The notes: generated by a model from the sequence alone, not told the origin. A stretch of DNA of 39,984 nucleotides from an uncultured Verrucomicrobiota bacterium (GCA_964617565.1 CAZTYH010000006.1:1748-41731), one strand, 5' to 3'. Positions 1 through 10,174 are shown, numbered from the stretch's first letter. Program-made: numbers and translations.

Positions 1-1056
1 CAGGAGATCGAGACCGAACTCTCGGATCCGGCGACATCCGCGAACCAGAAGAAGTTTCGCGCCCTGCTCGAGGAGCATGCCCATCTCAAGGAAATACAGG
101 GTCCGGCGGATTACTACTTCAAACTGGTTCGCGAGCGCGAGGAAAGCGTGTCTTTGCGAAATGACTCCGGCGTGGACGCAGAGATGAAGGAAATGGCCGA
201 TGCGGAACTCGTGCGCGTGGAACAGGAGCTGCCGAAGGCCGAAAAGGCCCTCATGGTTGCGCTCCTTCCTGCCGATCCCGCGGACAGCCGCAACACGATC
301 GTGGAAATTCGCGCTGGAACCGGCGGCGAGGAAGCGGCGCTCTTCGCGGCCGATTTGTTCCGCATGTACAGCCGATATGCGGAAAACAAGGGGTGGAAGG
401 TCGGCTTGATAGACGCCAGCCCCTCGGATATCGGCGGTTACAAGGAAATTGTGTTTTCGGTTGAAGGGAAAGAGGTCTATCGAACGCTCCGATACGAAAG
501 CGGCGGCCATCGTGTGCAGCGCGTACCTGTTACCGAGGCAAGCGGACGCATTCATACGTCCGCAGCTACCGTCGCAGTTCTTCCCGAGGCGGAAGAGATT
601 GACGATATTGAAATCAAACCGGAAGAGATCCGCATTGACCTTTATCGCGCTTCGGGACCGGGCGGTCAGAAGGTGAACAAAACGGAATCGGCCGTCCGAA
701 TCACCCATTTCCCCACGGGCATTGTCGTTCAAAGCCAGGACGAGCGGTCACAACAACGGAACCGGGAACGGGCCATGTCGGTGCTGAAGGCGAGAATCCT
801 GGATAAGACCCGCCAGGACGAGCAGGCGAAAGTGGCGGATGAACGCCGCACACAGATCGGGTCCGGCGACCGCAGCGAGCGCATCCGCACGTACAACTTT
901 CCCCAGAACCGTGTGACCGATCACCGGATCAATCTGACGCTCTACAGCCTGGCCCGGGTCATGGAGGGAGAAATGGACGAATTGGTGGATGCGTTACGCG
1001 ATCGCGACACCGAGTTGCGGCTCCAGAAAATCATGGAGAAACCCGGTGCCGTTTGA
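1..1056 (+). CDS. prfA: Peptide chain release factor 1 (5'-truncated by window edge)
   Basis: Frame is open from base 1 ([10 protein letters not shown]...). GGQ motif ([11 protein letters not shown]), RF1-type PxT motif (RVPVTE), C-terminal [20 protein letters not shown]. Followed by prmC. Confidence 0.97.
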   Translation, partial: QEIETELSDPATSANQKKFRALLEEHAHLKEIQGPADYYFKLVREREESVSLRNDSGVDAEMKEMADAELVRVEQELPKAEKALMVALLPADPADSRNTIVEIRAGTGGEEAALFAADLFRMYSRYAENKGWKVGLIDASPSDIGGYKEIVFSVEGKEVYRTLRYESGGHRVQRVPVTEASGRIHTSAATVAVLPEAEEIDDIEIKPEEIRIDLYRASGPGGQKVNKTESAVRITHFPTGIVVQSQDERSQQRNRERAMSVLKARILDKTRQDEQAKVADERRTQIGSGDRSERIRTYNFPQNRVTDHRINLTLYSLARVMEGEMDELVDALRDRDTELRLQKIMEKPGAV

Positions 1057-1927
1057 CCTTCAGCTCGGTCGCGGCCAGGGGGTCGCAGATGTGCTGGGCG
1101 AGGCCCTGGCGGCATGCGAAGCGGCGGGGATCGCGGAGTCACGCTTTAAAGTGGAAACGCTTCTTGCGCGCGCCATGGGCTGCCGGCGCCTGGAACTGGC
1201 GCTGTGCCGTGATCGAACAATCAATCCAGCCGTCCGTCAGACCTTTCATCAAAACCTGCGCCGACTGATCGGCGGCGAGCCTCTTCAGTACATTCTGGGT
1301 GATGTCGAATTCATGGGGCACGTGTTCAACGTGGATGTGCGCGTGTTGATTCCCCGCCCGGAAACGGAAGAATTGGTCGAGGCCGTCTTGCGTTGCGAAG
1401 AAGTGCGCCAATCCGCAAAACCGCGCATCGTGGATGTGGGTACAGGATCCGGATGTATTGCGATCAGCCTGGCCTTGACGAAAGCTGGGGCGGAAATTAT
1501 CGCCACGGACACATCCGCGGAGGCGCTTGAGGTTGCGCGGGCGAATGCGAAAAAGCTCGGGGTCGCGGATCGAGTGCGATTCATCAACGGCGATTTGCTT
1601 GCCGGATTGGAAGCGGAATCGGTGGATTTGGTGGTGTCGAATCCTCCATATGTCCAAACAGGGGAATGGGCGCGATTGGACCGAGAGATAAGGGTTTTCG
1701 AGCCAAGGGCCGCGCTCGACGGAGGAGAAGACGGGCTTCGCGTGATATCCCGGCTTGTGCCGGAGGCGGTTCACGCGCTTAAATCGGGGGGATGGCTGTT
1801 TATCGAGATAGGCGAGAATCAGGCGGAGCCGGCGCAAGCCCTGATGGCGCGGGCCGGATTCAACCCGGCTCAGGTTCTCAGGGATCTGTCCGGCAGAGAC
1901 CGGATAGCGCGGGGAAGAAAGCCGTGA
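1046..1927 (+). CDS. prmC: Release factor glutamine methyltransferase (HemK/PrmC)
   Basis: [23 protein letters not shown] motif [18 protein letters not shown] start at 1046 chosen from GGAG at 1035-1038 and overlap with the prfA end. Confidence 0.95.
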   Translation: MPFDLQLGRGQGVADVLGEALAACEAAGIAESRFKVETLLARAMGCRRLELALCRDRTINPAVRQTFHQNLRRLIGGEPLQYILGDVEFMGHVFNVDVRVLIPRPETEELVEAVLRCEEVRQSAKPRIVDVGTGSGCIAISLALTKAGAEIIATDTSAEALEVARANAKKLGVADRVRFINGDLLAGLEAESVDLVVSNPPYVQTGEWARLDREIRVFEPRAALDGGEDGLRVISRLVPEAVHALKSGGWLFIEIGENQAEPAQALMARAGFNPAQVLRDLSGRDRIARGRKP

Positions 1928-2424
1928 TGCGGTCCCGGTACACAACATATGACAGGCGGGTTTTCACCCGTTCGCAGATGGCGGCGGCGATCTTCCTGGC
2001 CCTGCTGCCTCTCGTCGCGCTGATGCAGGGTTTCTGGGTGGCACGACACAAGAGACCGGATAAGCCTTTCCTTTTCCGTTTCTCCACGGAAAAAATCGAG
2101 TGTCCCTACTGCAGCGGCTCGGGAACCGTCAGGGATGAAAATAATCCGGATGTCGTTGTTGTATGTCCGATATGCTTTGGCGTGGGCGGAAATTACGTGC
2201 GCAAGCTGGATAAGCAGAAGGAACTGCTCTGCCCGGCCTGCGTGGGCATGGGGCGTATTTACGATGTGGACACCGGGTACGCCCGCGGCTGCATGCGTTG
2301 CGCGGGACGAGGGTTGATAGAGATCTCGCCCGGGCTGCGTTACCCCGATACTTTATCATACATGGATGTCGAAACGGCTGCGTCTCACGACGGTTCGGCA
2401 GGCCATCAACCCGACAATCAATAG
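1927..2424 (+). CDS. Membrane-anchored protein with DnaJ-type cysteine-rich zinc finger (4x CxxCxGxG)
   Basis: ATG overlaps the prmC stop (TGATG). Hydrophobic segment AAAIFLALLPLVALMQGFWVA, then CPYCSGSG, CPICFGVG, CPACVGMG, CMRCAGRG. Confidence 0.8.
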   Translation: MRSRYTTYDRRVFTRSQMAAAIFLALLPLVALMQGFWVARHKRPDKPFLFRFSTEKIECPYCSGSGTVRDENNPDVVVVCPICFGVGGNYVRKLDKQKELLCPACVGMGRIYDVDTGYARGCMRCAGRGLIEISPGLRYPDTLSYMDVETAASHDGSAGHQPDNQ

Positions 2425-2432
2425 GATTTGCC

Positions 2433-3761
2433 ATGTTTGACAGGATTTCCGGTTCGCTTCAGAAGATATTTCGCAACTTACGCGGCTATGGCCGGCTGTC
2501 CGAGCGCAATGTGCAGGACAGCTTGCGGGAAGTGAGACTCGCTTTGCTCGAGGCCGATGTGAATTACCAGGTGGCCCGCGATTTTATCACGCGTGTGAAG
2601 GAGAAGGCCCTCGGGAAAGACGTGCTCGAAAGCATTACCCCGGGCCAGCAGGTGGTGAAGCATGTCCACGACGAGATGGTCGAGTTGCTTGGAGGAACGC
2701 GGCGCGACTTTGACTGGGCGGCCAAGCCGTCGCTCGTGATGCTGCTGGGTTTGCATGGCGCGGGCAAGACGACGACCGCAGGCAAACTGGCCGCGCGCTG
2801 GAAAGCCGAAGGCCGGAAAGTCATGTTGGTGGCTTGCGATCTTCGCCGGCCCGCCGCAGTGGATCAGCTTCGCATATTGGCCGAGGCCGTCGGCGTGGAG
2901 GTCGTCACGCCGCAACGTGGCGAAAAATTGCGCGAGTTGGCCGGACGGGCTCAGCGGCAGGCGGTGAAAAGTAACGCCGATGTCGTGGTGTTCGATACCG
3001 GGGGCCGATTCCAGGTGGATACGGAACTGGTCCAGGAGTTGAAGGAGTTGCGCGAGCAGCTCGATCCGAAAAATATCGTGCTCGTGCTGGACGCCGCGAT
3101 CGGGCAGGAGTCCGTCAATGTCGCGCAGACGTTTCAGAAGGAAGTCGGGTTGACGGGGCTGATCCTGACCAAGCTCGACGGCGACGCAAGGGGCGGTGCG
3201 GCGCTGTCGGTTCAAGCCGTGACCCAGTGTCCGATCCTCCTGGTGGGAACCGGCGAGCGGCCGTCGGACCTCGAGCCGTTTCATCCTGAGCGCATGGCAT
3301 CGCGCATTCTCGGCATGGGCGATGTCGTGACGCTGGTCGAAAAAGCGCAACAGGCGCTCGACGAGAAGGAAATGGAGAAGATGCAGGAAGCGCTTCTCGA
3401 AGGCTCATTCGATCTGAACGATTTCCTGGATCAACTGCAGCAGGTGAAGAAGCTCGGGCCTCTCGAAAACCTGCTTGAAATGATGCCGGGGGTTGGCGCT
3501 TTGCCGCCCGGGGCAAAAGCGGGAATGGCGGGGCTTTCCGACCGTGATTTGAAGCGGACGGAGGCCATAATCCGCAGCATGACCGTGGAGGAAAGGGTGC
3601 GTCCGGGGCTCATGAATGCCAGCCGCAAACGCCGTGTAGCGGCCGGAAGCGGCACCGAAGTGAGGGAAGTTAATGATTTGCTTCGGAATTTTGAGCGGGC
3701 GAAAGATATGAGCCGCCGAATGAAGCAGATGCAAAAAAGGTTGCTTAGGCGGGCAAAGTGA
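2433..3761 (+). CDS. ffh: Signal recognition particle protein Ffh
   Basis: MFDRISGSLQ start, ALLEADV, GxxGAGKTTT, DTGGR, TKLDGDARGGAALS, Met-rich M domain with SRKRRVAAGSG. Confidence 0.97.
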   Translation: MFDRISGSLQKIFRNLRGYGRLSERNVQDSLREVRLALLEADVNYQVARDFITRVKEKALGKDVLESITPGQQVVKHVHDEMVELLGGTRRDFDWAAKPSLVMLLGLHGAGKTTTAGKLAARWKAEGRKVMLVACDLRRPAAVDQLRILAEAVGVEVVTPQRGEKLRELAGRAQRQAVKSNADVVVFDTGGRFQVDTELVQELKELREQLDPKNIVLVLDAAIGQESVNVAQTFQKEVGLTGLILTKLDGDARGGAALSVQAVTQCPILLVGTGERPSDLEPFHPERMASRILGMGDVVTLVEKAQQALDEKEMEKMQEALLEGSFDLNDFLDQLQQVKKLGPLENLLEMMPGVGALPPGAKAGMAGLSDRDLKRTEAIIRSMTVEERVRPGLMNASRKRRVAAGSGTEVREVNDLLRNFERAKDMSRRMKQMQKRLLRRAK

Positions 3762-3828
3762 TGTAAGTACCCTGCCTTTCGCACACCTTGGACCTACCGT
3801 TCAAGGTTGGTATTGGCTGGAGGAGAAC

Positions 3829-4116
3829 ATGTCTGTTAAGATCAGGATGCGGAGAATGGGAAGCAATAAGCAGCCCTTTTTCCGGGTGGTGGTGACCGAT
3901 GTCCGTCGGTCCAACCGTGGAACATTTCTCGAAAACGTCGGTTGGTACGATCCGAAGAAGAAGGGCATAAATTTCAGCCTGGATACGGATCGCATTGCCT
4001 TTTGGGTTGGCCGCGGCGCCATTGTATCGGACACGGTAAAGAGCTTTCTCAGGAAGGGCGTCCGCGCGGCGAAGAAGTCGGCCGAGACGGTCAAGCCCGC
4101 ACCTGCGAGCGCGTGA
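3829..4116 (+). CDS. rpsP: 30S ribosomal protein S16
   Basis: MSVKIRMRRMGSNKQPFFRVVV...GWYDP; GGAG RBS; conserved position after ffh. Confidence 0.96.
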   Translation: MSVKIRMRRMGSNKQPFFRVVVTDVRRSNRGTFLENVGWYDPKKKGINFSLDTDRIAFWVGRGAIVSDTVKSFLRKGVRAAKKSAETVKPAPASA

Positions 4117-4132
4117 TAGCGGGGTGCGTTTC

Positions 4133-4363
4133 ATGAAGGAGCTTGTTGAATACATTGTGCGCTCGCTGGTGGATCACCCCGATGATATCCGTATTACCGA
4201 GGTGGATGGCGAACGCACTGTCGTGCTGGAACTGCGCTGCCATCCCGATGATGTGGGCAAGGTGATCGGCAAAAGCGGAAAGACCGTTGGAGCGATTCGC
4301 ACACTTCTCAGTACGGCGGCCGCGCGGCAGAACCGGCGGGCCATGCTGGAGGTTGTGGAATAG
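4133..4363 (+). CDS. khpA: KH-domain RNA-binding protein (KhpA/YlqC family)
   Basis: MKELVEYIVRSLVDHPDD...DVGKVIGKSGKT (GxxG KH loop); canonical position after rpsP. Confidence 0.92.
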   Translation: MKELVEYIVRSLVDHPDDIRITEVDGERTVVLELRCHPDDVGKVIGKSGKTVGAIRTLLSTAAARQNRRAMLEVVE

Positions 4364-4429
4364 TTCCGTTTTGCGGTGCGATCCGCGCGGTTGTCGCGAT
4401 GTCGCCCGAAGGCGGACAAGTGGTCGGTC

Positions 4430-5116
4430 ATGAGCGATCCGCTTCAAATTGATGTCGTCACCATTTTCCCCCAGATGTTGGGTGGCTTTCTGGGCGAAAG
4501 CATGTTGAAGCGTGCGGTTCGGATGGGCAAGGTGGACATCCGGACCGTTAATCTTCGTGACTATACGACCGACGTGCATCGGACGACGGATGACAGGCCT
4601 TATGGCGGCGGTCCGGGCATGGTGATGAAGCCCGAACCGATTTTTGCCGCTGTTGAAGCGGTGCGCAGCGAGGAGTCGAGAGTCATATTAATGACTCCAC
4701 AGGGTCGGAGGTTTGACCAGGCGCTGGCCCGGGATTTGAGCAGGGAAAAGCACCTGATCTTTATCTGCGGCCACTACGAAGGTGTGGATGAGCGGGTTCG
4801 GATGGCCCTGGTGGATGACGAAATCTCCATTGGAGATTACGTGCTGACAAATGGCGCGCTGCCTGCGGCGGTGGTTATTGATGCCGTAGTGAGGTTGCGG
4901 CCGGGTGTGCTGGGCGCGGAAGGCGCGGCGGAGCAGGAATCCTTTGAGGGCGGGCTCCTCGAGCATGAGCAGTACACGCGGCCGGCCGAGTTCCGCGGAA
5001 TGCGAGTACCGGATGTGCTGGTGTCGGGCGATCACGCGGAGATCGCGCGATGGCGGGCGATGCGCGCGCGCGAACGAACGCTTGAGCGAAGACCGGATTT
5101 GGAGAAGAATCAGTAG
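4430..5116 (+). CDS. trmD: tRNA (guanine37-N1)-methyltransferase
   Basis: [39 protein letters not shown]. Confidence 0.97.
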   Translation: MSDPLQIDVVTIFPQMLGGFLGESMLKRAVRMGKVDIRTVNLRDYTTDVHRTTDDRPYGGGPGMVMKPEPIFAAVEAVRSEESRVILMTPQGRRFDQALARDLSREKHLIFICGHYEGVDERVRMALVDDEISIGDYVLTNGALPAAVVIDAVVRLRPGVLGAEGAAEQESFEGGLLEHEQYTRPAEFRGMRVPDVLVSGDHAEIARWRAMRARERTLERRPDLEKNQ

Positions 5117-5138
5117 AAAGAAGAAACAGAGGTTGAAT

Positions 5139-5486
5139 ATGAGCGCGAAAGTCCTTGAGAAGATAGCGGGCGAACAGATCAAGAAAGAGGTTGCTTCCTT
5201 TAAAGTGGGCGATTCCGTGAAGGTCCATGTGAAGATCAAGGAAGGCGACAAGGAGCGCGTCCAGGTCTTCTCCGGAACCGTCGTCGCACGGGATGGCGGC
5301 GGTGCGACGGAAACGTTCACGGTGCGCCGTGTTTCCTATGGCGAAGGCGTCGAGCGCGTATTTCCCGTGCATGCGCCCGCTGTGACCAAGGTTGAAGTGG
5401 AGCGCCAGGGCAAGGTGCGCCGCGCCAAGCTGTACTACCTGCGGAAGCTGACCGGCAAGAAGACCAAGGTGGCCAGCCAGGACTAG
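5139..5486 (+). CDS. rplS: 50S ribosomal protein L19
   Basis: [45 protein letters not shown]. Confidence 0.97.
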   Translation: MSAKVLEKIAGEQIKKEVASFKVGDSVKVHVKIKEGDKERVQVFSGTVVARDGGGATETFTVRRVSYGEGVERVFPVHAPAVTKVEVERQGKVRRAKLYYLRKLTGKKTKVASQD

Positions 5487-5503
5487 CAGCAGGAGCCTTC
5501 CGC

Positions 5504-6133
5504 GTGCTGGATTACGAACGCAAGGCTTGGGCCGGGGGACACCGCAGGGTGGCCGGCCTGGATGAGGCCGGACGGGGACCGCTTGCCGGCCCGGTCGTGT
5601 CCGCGGCTGTTTGTTTCGACGCCGATTTTCTGAAGAGCGAGGCGGATCATGCGCTCAAGGGATTAACCGATTCCAAGAAGCTCTCCGAGGCGCGCCGCGA
5701 ATACTTTTTTCAGATCCTGTGTGCGAGTCCATCGGTTGCGTTCGGCATCGGCCAGGCCGAAGTGGACGAGATAGATGCGCATAATATCCTCGCCGCGACC
5801 CATCTCGCGATGTCCCGCGCGCTAGTGCGCATTACCCCGTTGCCCGATCATGTTCTTGTGGATGGATTGCCCGTTCCGGGATTGCCCTGTTCATCCACGG
5901 CCATCGTCGGCGGAGACGCCAAAAGTCTTTCCATCGCGGCCGCCAGCGTAATCGCGAAAGTTACACGCGACCGGATGATGCTTGAGCTGGATGCGCGGTA
6001 TCCTGGCTATGGCTTTGCCCATCACAAGGGATATGGAACGAAGGAACATCTTGCGGCTTTGCGAAAACTTGGGCCGTGTTCCTGTCATCGGCGCACGTTC
6101 GGGCCCGTGTCGCAGATGGAGTTCAGCCTGTGA
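5504..6133 (+). CDS. rnhB: Ribonuclease HII
   Basis: AGLDEAGRGPLAGPVV, DSKKL, SIAAASVIAKVTRD, HKGYGT. Confidence 0.96.
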   Translation: MLDYERKAWAGGHRRVAGLDEAGRGPLAGPVVSAAVCFDADFLKSEADHALKGLTDSKKLSEARREYFFQILCASPSVAFGIGQAEVDEIDAHNILAATHLAMSRALVRITPLPDHVLVDGLPVPGLPCSSTAIVGGDAKSLSIAAASVIAKVTRDRMMLELDARYPGYGFAHHKGYGTKEHLAALRKLGPCSCHRRTFGPVSQMEFSL

Positions 6134-6624
6134 TCCGCTGGCTGGGTGAAGAGGCGGTCAGGCTGAGTACGCATTTGCGCGCGCTTGCCGCGCGCATGCT
6201 TCGGGATTCATCCCGCAAACGCAAGGGGAAACTGACTTCGCGCCAGCTCACCGGGCGATGGGGAGAGCAGAAAGCCGAAAAGCTGCTTCGAGAGAAAGGA
6301 TATCGCATCCTTGGTCGTTGCGTTCGGCTCTCGCCACGTGATGAACTCGATCTGGTTGCGCGTAAAGACGGGGTGCTGGTCTTTGTGGAAGTCAAAACGC
6401 GCCGCACCGAGAATTACGGGCGGCCGGTGGAAGCGGTGAACCGGGATAAGCGCAGGGCACTGTCTCGCGCCGCGCATCGCTATCTCCGGCGCTTGCGCGC
6501 AAAGCCTCCGTATTTCCGATTCGATGTGGTGGAGGTGGTTGGGGCAGAGGGCGATCCGAAACCCATCGTCAGGCACCTCGAAAATGTTTTCACGCTCAGC
6601 CGGCAGTACAAGATTACATGGTGA
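6130..6624 (+). CDS. YraN/UPF0102 family PD-(D/E)XK nuclease-like protein
   Basis: GRWGE, ELDLVA, LVFVEVKTR, RFDVVEV; usual neighbour of rnhB. Start uncertain (GTG overlapping the rnhB stop). Confidence 0.88.
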   Translation: MIRWLGEEAVRLSTHLRALAARMLRDSSRKRKGKLTSRQLTGRWGEQKAEKLLREKGYRILGRCVRLSPRDELDLVARKDGVLVFVEVKTRRTENYGRPVEAVNRDKRRALSRAAHRYLRRLRAKPPYFRFDVVEVVGAEGDPKPIVRHLENVFTLSRQYKITW

Positions 6625-6700
6625 ACGCCACGCCTTTCCAATCGCGTTTAAGGAATGCGATCGGGTTTGCGTCCGGTGGTCTTCGCGATAAAATGCCGCA

Positions 6701-7756
6701 ATGACAACGGCGCGCAAAAGATCCGATCGTTACAAATCGAAATCCGCCAGCCGATTTTGCATCTGCCTGCTTTTCACGTTTTTATCCGGCGCGGGCGTCC
6801 CCGAGGCGCAGGATGGTGGATGGTCGTTGGGCGAATTGTATGACAGGGGAGTAGATATTCTGGAGAAGAAACTGCCTGAAGAAATCCGTGAAGAATATGA
6901 ATTCATGCGGGCAACGGATTGGCAGAATTTCTGGTCCGGCATCCAGGAGGCTCTGAATTCACAGGACCTGGAAGAATTGGATCGCGTGTTGCCGTATGTC
7001 ATCCAGGGGTTGGATGTCTTGCGCACCGTTCCGGGCGGGCAGCCTTATGCTGATTGGTTGCAGCAAAGGCTGGATTATTTTCAGGTTGCCGATGAGGCCG
7101 TAGAAGCTTTTCCCCGGCCTGTCCCGCTGCCTCCACCGCCCCCGCCGCCCGTGCAGACGAAACGGGTTGTGGTCCCGCCGCGGCCGCCGCCGCCACCGCC
7201 GCCACCGCCTGCCGTTGCAAAAAAGCGTCAGGAAGTGGTAAGCGATCGCAAAGCATGGGAAGCAAAGATGGAAAAACGGCCGGCTCCGCGAAATGCGGCC
7301 GAGGTGATCCCCGGCCTGAAGCAGGTCTTCCGCGAGGAAGGCGTGCCGGAGCAATTGGTCTGGCTGGCTGAAGTGGAGTCGTCGCTCAATCCGCAGGCGC
7401 GCAGCCCGGTCGGCGCCGTTGGCCTTTTCCAGTTCATGCCGGCCACGGCCCAGCGATTCGGGATGTCCACGAGTCCCGTGGACCAGCGGACCGATCCGCA
7501 CAAAAGCGCGCGCGCGGCCGCCCAGTATCTTCGCATCCTCCACAGGCAGTTCAATTCATGGCCGCTTGCCATCGCCGCCTACAATGCGGGCGAGGGAAGG
7601 GTGGGGCGCCTTCTCAAGCAAAGCAGCGAAAATTCATTTGAGGCGATCGAAGGCTCGCTCCCCATGGAAACCCGAATGTATGTCCCGAAAGTGCTTGCCG
7701 TGATTTCGGTTCGCGAAGGGGTGGATGGGGCGAAGCTTCCGGCTCCAAGGGCGTGA
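6701..7756 (+). CDS. Exported lytic transglycosylase (SLT/MltD-like) with polyproline linker
   Basis: Signal-like hydrophobic N-terminus. SLT motifs AEVESS, GAVGLFQFMPATA, AIAAYNAGEG, ETRMYVPK. Pro-rich linker at ~7113-7211. Confidence 0.9.
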   Translation: MTTARKRSDRYKSKSASRFCICLLFTFLSGAGVPEAQDGGWSLGELYDRGVDILEKKLPEEIREEYEFMRATDWQNFWSGIQEALNSQDLEELDRVLPYVIQGLDVLRTVPGGQPYADWLQQRLDYFQVADEAVEAFPRPVPLPPPPPPPVQTKRVVVPPRPPPPPPPPPAVAKKRQEVVSDRKAWEAKMEKRPAPRNAAEVIPGLKQVFREEGVPEQLVWLAEVESSLNPQARSPVGAVGLFQFMPATAQRFGMSTSPVDQRTDPHKSARAAAQYLRILHRQFNSWPLAIAAYNAGEGRVGRLLKQSSENSFEAIEGSLPMETRMYVPKVLAVISVREGVDGAKLPAPRA

Positions 7757-7790
7757 GGAGCGGATAAGTGTCGAACCTCCTCGTATCCGC

Positions 7791-8270
7791 TTACGAGGCC
7801 GCCCGCGCTTTTTGCACAGCCATTTCAGCTGCTTCCCGGGGCGTTTTTGCGACGTGAATGCCGGGATCGGGTTTCCCATCCTTGGAAATTGTCCATGTGT
7901 TAAGTCCGATGACAGGAACGCCCAGTCGCAGGGCGAAAGCAATTTCGCTGAGTGTGCCGTATTTTCCCTCGATAGCGATCACGGCGTCGGCGCTTCGGAC
8001 GACGAGCATGTTGCGGAACGCACCGAGTCCGGTCGGGATGGGAACATCAATATACGCATTGGCATCGTCTGCGCTTGCATTCGGCAGAATGCCGACCGTG
8101 ATGCCGTCCTCGCTCTTTGCGCCCTTCGCCGCAGCCTCCATCATGCCGCCGAGTCCGCCACAGATAAGTACGCAATCCTTCCGCGCCAGCTCTTTTCCGA
8201 CGGCCACACCCAACTCATACTCGCTCTTCGAACATTTGTTCGGCCCAAGCACTGCGATTCGAAGTTTCAT
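7791..8270 (-). CDS. TIGR00725/LOG-like Rossmann-fold nucleotide-binding protein
   Basis: ICGGLGGMMEAAAKGA, TGLGAFRNMLVV, GKYGTLSEIAFA; GGAG RBS before ATG at 8270. Confidence 0.88.
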   Translation of the reverse strand: MKLRIAVLGPNKCSKSEYELGVAVGKELARKDCVLICGGLGGMMEAAAKGAKSEDGITVGILPNASADDANAYIDVPIPTGLGAFRNMLVVRSADAVIAIEGKYGTLSEIAFALRLGVPVIGLNTWTISKDGKPDPGIHVAKTPREAAEMAVQKARAAS

Positions 8271-8308
8271 TTCTCCATCACCCCAACATCCCATCAGTCC
8301 CTTGGTTC

Positions 8309-9808
8309 TTACGGCGCGAGCCTTCCCATCAATCGCGGAAAGGGGATCGTCTCGCGAATGTGCTTGAGGCCGCAAACCCATGCCACGGTGCGTTCGATAC
8401 CCAACCCGAAGCCTCCGTGCGGCACGGTCCCGTATCGCCGGAGATCGAGATACCATTGGTAGGGCGCGGGATCCATCCCCTCATCGGCGAGCCGCCGTTC
8501 GAGCGCCGCGAGATCGTCCTCGCGCTGGCTGCCGCCGATGATTTCCCCGTAACCCTCCGGCGCGATCATGTCCATGTTCAACACCACGTCGGGATTGGCC
8601 GGCGAAGGTTTCATGTAAAACGCCTTCGCGCGCTTCGGATATTCCGAGATGATGACCGGCCGGTCGAATTCGGTGGAGATGATTGTCTCCTCGTCCCCGC
8701 CGAGGTCGTGTCCCCATTCGAACTGTCGCGCATCGGCCATGTGCTGGGGCATGTTGCCGATCACCGTTTCGAGGTCGCGCATGTTTTCGCGCAACGCTTG
8801 AATGCGCTCGGCGATTTTCTCCTGCTGCCAGCCCTTGCGTGCGGCGCGCTCCTCTTCTTCAAGCTGCCCGAGTTCCGCGATGCCTTGTTTGAGCTGTTCG
8901 CGCCGCTCCTCGAGCTGTTTCGCGAGCCTTTCATGCACGTGTGGCGCGTGCAGCAGCTCGACGGCCTCCGTGTAGGTGATGCGGGGGAAAGGGGAAACCA
9001 CTTTCTCCAGTGGGGCCGTGTCGCGCCCGAGCAGCGCAAGGTCTTCCGAATGACGGGCGAGCGTTTCCTTGATCATGTGACAGACCAACTGCTCCGCCCA
9101 GTCCATGAGGTCCGTAACCTGCGCAAACGCGATTTCCGGTTCCACCATCCAGAACTCGGTGAGGTGGCGGCGGGTTTTCGATTTTTCAGCCCGGAACGTC
9201 GGGCCGAAGCAGTACACTTTCCCCAGCGCCATGCAGGCGCTTTCCAGGTAGAGCTGCCCGGTTTGCGCGAGATAAACCTCGTCGCCGAAATAGTCCACGG
9301 GGAAAAGCGTACCCGCTCCTTCGGCCGCGCCGGGGGTGAGGATAGGGGTGTCTATCAGCGTGAATCCATTTTGATCGAAGAAGTCGCGCGCGGCGCGAAT
9401 CAGCGAATGCCGGATGCGGAGAATCGCCGTCTGCCTCGGCGAGCGCAGCCACAGGTGGCGGTGGTCCATCAGGAAATCCACCCCGTGCGCCTTGCGCGCG
9501 ATGGGATAATCTTCCACGCACTGGATCTCGTGGAGCGCGGTGACTGCGAGTTCGCATCCGCCCGGAGCCCTTTCATCGGCGCGCACGATTCCGGTGATGG
9601 TCAGCGACGATTCCTGGCCCAGTCGTTTCGCGATTTCAAAAGTCTCGGGGTTTGCGGCTTCGACCACGCATTGGCAGACGCCGGTTCCGTCGCGGACCAG
9701 CAGGAAAATGATTTTCCCACCTGACCGCTTGCCGTGCAGCCAGCCACGCAGCGTGACTTCTTCCCCGGTGCGCTTCAACAGGTCTTCGATTAAAGTGATC
9801 GGCGGCAT
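8309..9808 (-). CDS. asnS: Asparagine--tRNA ligase with a helical insertion
   Basis: OB-fold N-terminus (LRGW..KRSGGKIIFLLVRDGTG), motif 2 FRAEKSKTRRHLTEFWMVEPE, GEIIGGSQRE, YQWYLDLRRYGTVPHGGFGLGIER. Confidence 0.93.
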   Translation of the reverse strand: MPPITLIEDLLKRTGEEVTLRGWLHGKRSGGKIIFLLVRDGTGVCQCVVEAANPETFEIAKRLGQESSLTITGIVRADERAPGGCELAVTALHEIQCVEDYPIARKAHGVDFLMDHRHLWLRSPRQTAILRIRHSLIRAARDFFDQNGFTLIDTPILTPGAAEGAGTLFPVDYFGDEVYLAQTGQLYLESACMALGKVYCFGPTFRAEKSKTRRHLTEFWMVEPEIAFAQVTDLMDWAEQLVCHMIKETLARHSEDLALLGRDTAPLEKVVSPFPRITYTEAVELLHAPHVHERLAKQLEERREQLKQGIAELGQLEEEERAARKGWQQEKIAERIQALRENMRDLETVIGNMPQHMADARQFEWGHDLGGDEETIISTEFDRPVIISEYPKRAKAFYMKPSPANPDVVLNMDMIAPEGYGEIIGGSQREDDLAALERRLADEGMDPAPYQWYLDLRRYGTVPHGGFGLGIERTVAWVCGLKHIRETIPFPRLMGRLAP

Positions 9809-9877
9809 GGCTTCTTGTAGCACAGCCGCCGCGCGGCCCGCAACGGGAGACAGGAACCAGTCGAACATCGTACCCGG

Positions 9878-9916
9878 AAAAACAAGAAGGCCTGCATGCC
9901 GGGGCATGCAAGCCTT
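9878..9916 (-). terminator. Possible intrinsic terminator downstream of the two-component pair
   Basis: Hairpin AAGGCCTGCATGCC-GG-GGCATGCAAGCCTT (9887-9916), followed on the minus strand by CTTGTTTTT. Confidence 0.45.
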
Positions 9917-10174
9917 CCTGCTCCTCATCAAATCGGTGCTCGCCTTTCCTAACCCTTTGCAGGCTCCCCCGAGCCCCCAGTCTGCATACTTCTCCTCGCC
10001 CCAGTGCGAATCACCGATAGAGACCCAAAGAACTGATATAATAAATAGAAGGCCTCTGATTTTCTGTCCATTCCGTAAAGCGAAGGAAGCTATAGGATTA
10101 TCCCTACAAGCTCTCGATGTCCTGCGAGAGCGTCGAGGAAGGAAAACGGGATATGCAACCGATTGCGACAGGGA

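Noticed and set aside
7113-7211. CCG-rich low-complexity tract as a DNA repeat element
   Set aside because: Explained by the in-frame polyproline linker of the lytic transglycosylase.
8360-9724. 454-aa plus-strand ORF, and other long antisense ORFs such as 30824-32014, 15251-16228 and 38957-39919
   Set aside because: They lie opposite well-supported genes and have no recognisable motifs; long shadow ORFs are expected in high-GC DNA.
9809-10174. T-box or leader peptide upstream of asnS
   Set aside because: No T-box consensus or Asn-rich leader ORF seen; only one hairpin, better explained as a terminator.
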